Positions 62,858-64,000 of a stretch of 64,000 nucleotides of DNA are shown piece after piece. The translations under genes and the position numbers were made by a program. The notes under the pieces were generated by a model that saw nothing but the letters and a program-made list of their open reading frames with translations, did not search any database and was not told the origin of the DNA. This DNA comes from an uncultured Chloroflexia bacterium (GTDB taxonomy: Bacteria; Chloroflexota; Chloroflexia; Thermomicrobiales; UBA6265), in the NCBI GenBank assembly GCA_963724295.1, contig CAVRUC010000013.1:192001-256000 (forward strand), written 5' to 3'. Position 1 is the first letter of the stretch, and each line of letters begins with the position of its first letter.

Positions 62858-64000
62858 ATGGCAACGATCGAGACCAGCATCGACGCCGGAACCGACGGCG
62901 CGGTCCTGGGGTCGAACGGACATCTCATCCGCGTTGGCCCGCGGGCAGAGCTACGCGGAGTGACTGTCGTCTCGGGAGGACGGCATGGGATCGCCGTTTT
63001 TCCCTCGTCTGTCTCCGAGGCAGTCTACGCCGTCGACAACCGCTGCCCGCACATGGGGTTCCCGCTGCACAAAGGGAGTGTGGCCGACGGCATTCTCACC
63101 TGCCATTGGCATCACGCTCGCTTCGATCTGGAGAGCGGGGGCACATTCGATCCCTGGGCCGACGACGTCCAAACCTATCCCACGGTCATCGAGGACGGTA
63201 TCGTCTACGTCGATGCGCGGCCGCATGGCGACAATCGCGTGACTCACGCCAAGGCACGGCTCTGGGACGGGCTGGAGCAGGATCTCAATCTGGTCGTCGT
63301 CAAGAACGTTCTCGCTGTTGCTCGAGGCCGACGTCCCTCCGGCCGAGATCCTGGCGATCGGCGGTCGCTTCGGCGCAACCTACCGGCGCGGCGGCTGGGC
63401 AGCCGGTTTGACGATTCACGCCGCGATGGGAAATCTCCTCGCGAAGCTGCACCCGGAGGACCAGGCGCTCGCGCTTTACCACGGCCTGGTCAACGTCGCC
63501 AGCGACTGCGCGGGGCAACCACCCCGCTTTGCGCTCGATCCCCTCCCAACGCGCGACATTCCCCCTACAGCCGATCGCCTGCAACGGTGGTTTCGCCGCT
63601 TCATCGACGTCCGCGACGCCGACGGCGCCGAGCGCGCACTCTTGACAGCGATCGCCTCTGATATGACGCCATCAGCCCTTGCCGACGTTCTGGCAAGCGC
63701 GGCGACCGACCATTTCTTCCTCGACGGTGGGCACACGCTCGACTTCGTCAACAAGGCGTGCGAGCTGCTGGACATGATCGGCTGGCAAGAGGCCACCACG
63801 ATCCTACCCAGCCTCGTGCCCGGGCTCGCGATGGCGCGGCGCTCGGAGGAGCTCAATTCCTGGCGGCACCCCGTCGATCTGGTGGCGCTGCTCGAACCAG
63901 AGTTTGCCCGGCTGCCTGACCTCTTCGCGGCGGCGGGCGGTGATCCGGCGTGGCGCGCCTCCGATGCGCTGACGGCGACACTGCTCGGCGACGATCCGGC
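62858..64000 (+). pseudogene. Rieske [2Fe-2S] domain protein with a large helical C-terminal domain; +1 frameshift at ~63314-63317; runs off the window
   Basis: CPHMG...CHWH Rieske ligands; after the shift the frame reads LLEADVPP...ALYHGL...WFRRFIDVRD...ATDHFFLDGGHTLDF and stays open to 64000. Confidence 0.85.

Overview
This is a GC-rich bacterial chromosomal window. The 16S signature and the secreted proteins with 'QDATPEASP'-type N-termini suggest Chloroflexota, Thermomicrobiales-like (inference, no database search run). In order, it contains: an ECF-type transporter locus; a higBA toxin-antitoxin pair with a visible promoter and operator; secreted proteins (SNase, VWA, ScyD/ScyE); a FAD monooxygenase and a 2-hydroxyacid dehydrogenase; an APH(6)-like kinase; a sugar-acid dehydratase/aldolase pair; a protein-O-mannosyltransferase-like gene with a small Tat-exported WDDD/GGS peptide divergent from a two-component system; an XRE-STAND-TPR regulator and a Cys-repeat protein; a polyol ABC transporter with an EltD-like dehydrogenase; a complete rrn operon (16S-tRNAIle-tRNAAla-23S-5S-tRNAfMet) with tandem promoters; a family-B DNA polymerase; small accessory genes; lon; MFS transporters; an osmoprotectant ABC system; a yqiJ/yqiK flotillin pair; pyk; and a SoxR-controlled operon (F420-type nitroreductase, DUF5519-like protein, Rieske protein). 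The most interesting unexplained signals are two highly structured non-coding regions (39701-39980 and ~59058-59620), a family of octamer-repeat intergenic elements that abut or supply stop codons and carry G-quadruplex motifs, and the WDDD-peptide/PMT/two-component module. Four reading-frame breaks and one missing start codon may be assembly errors. No CRISPR array, transposase or integrase was seen.
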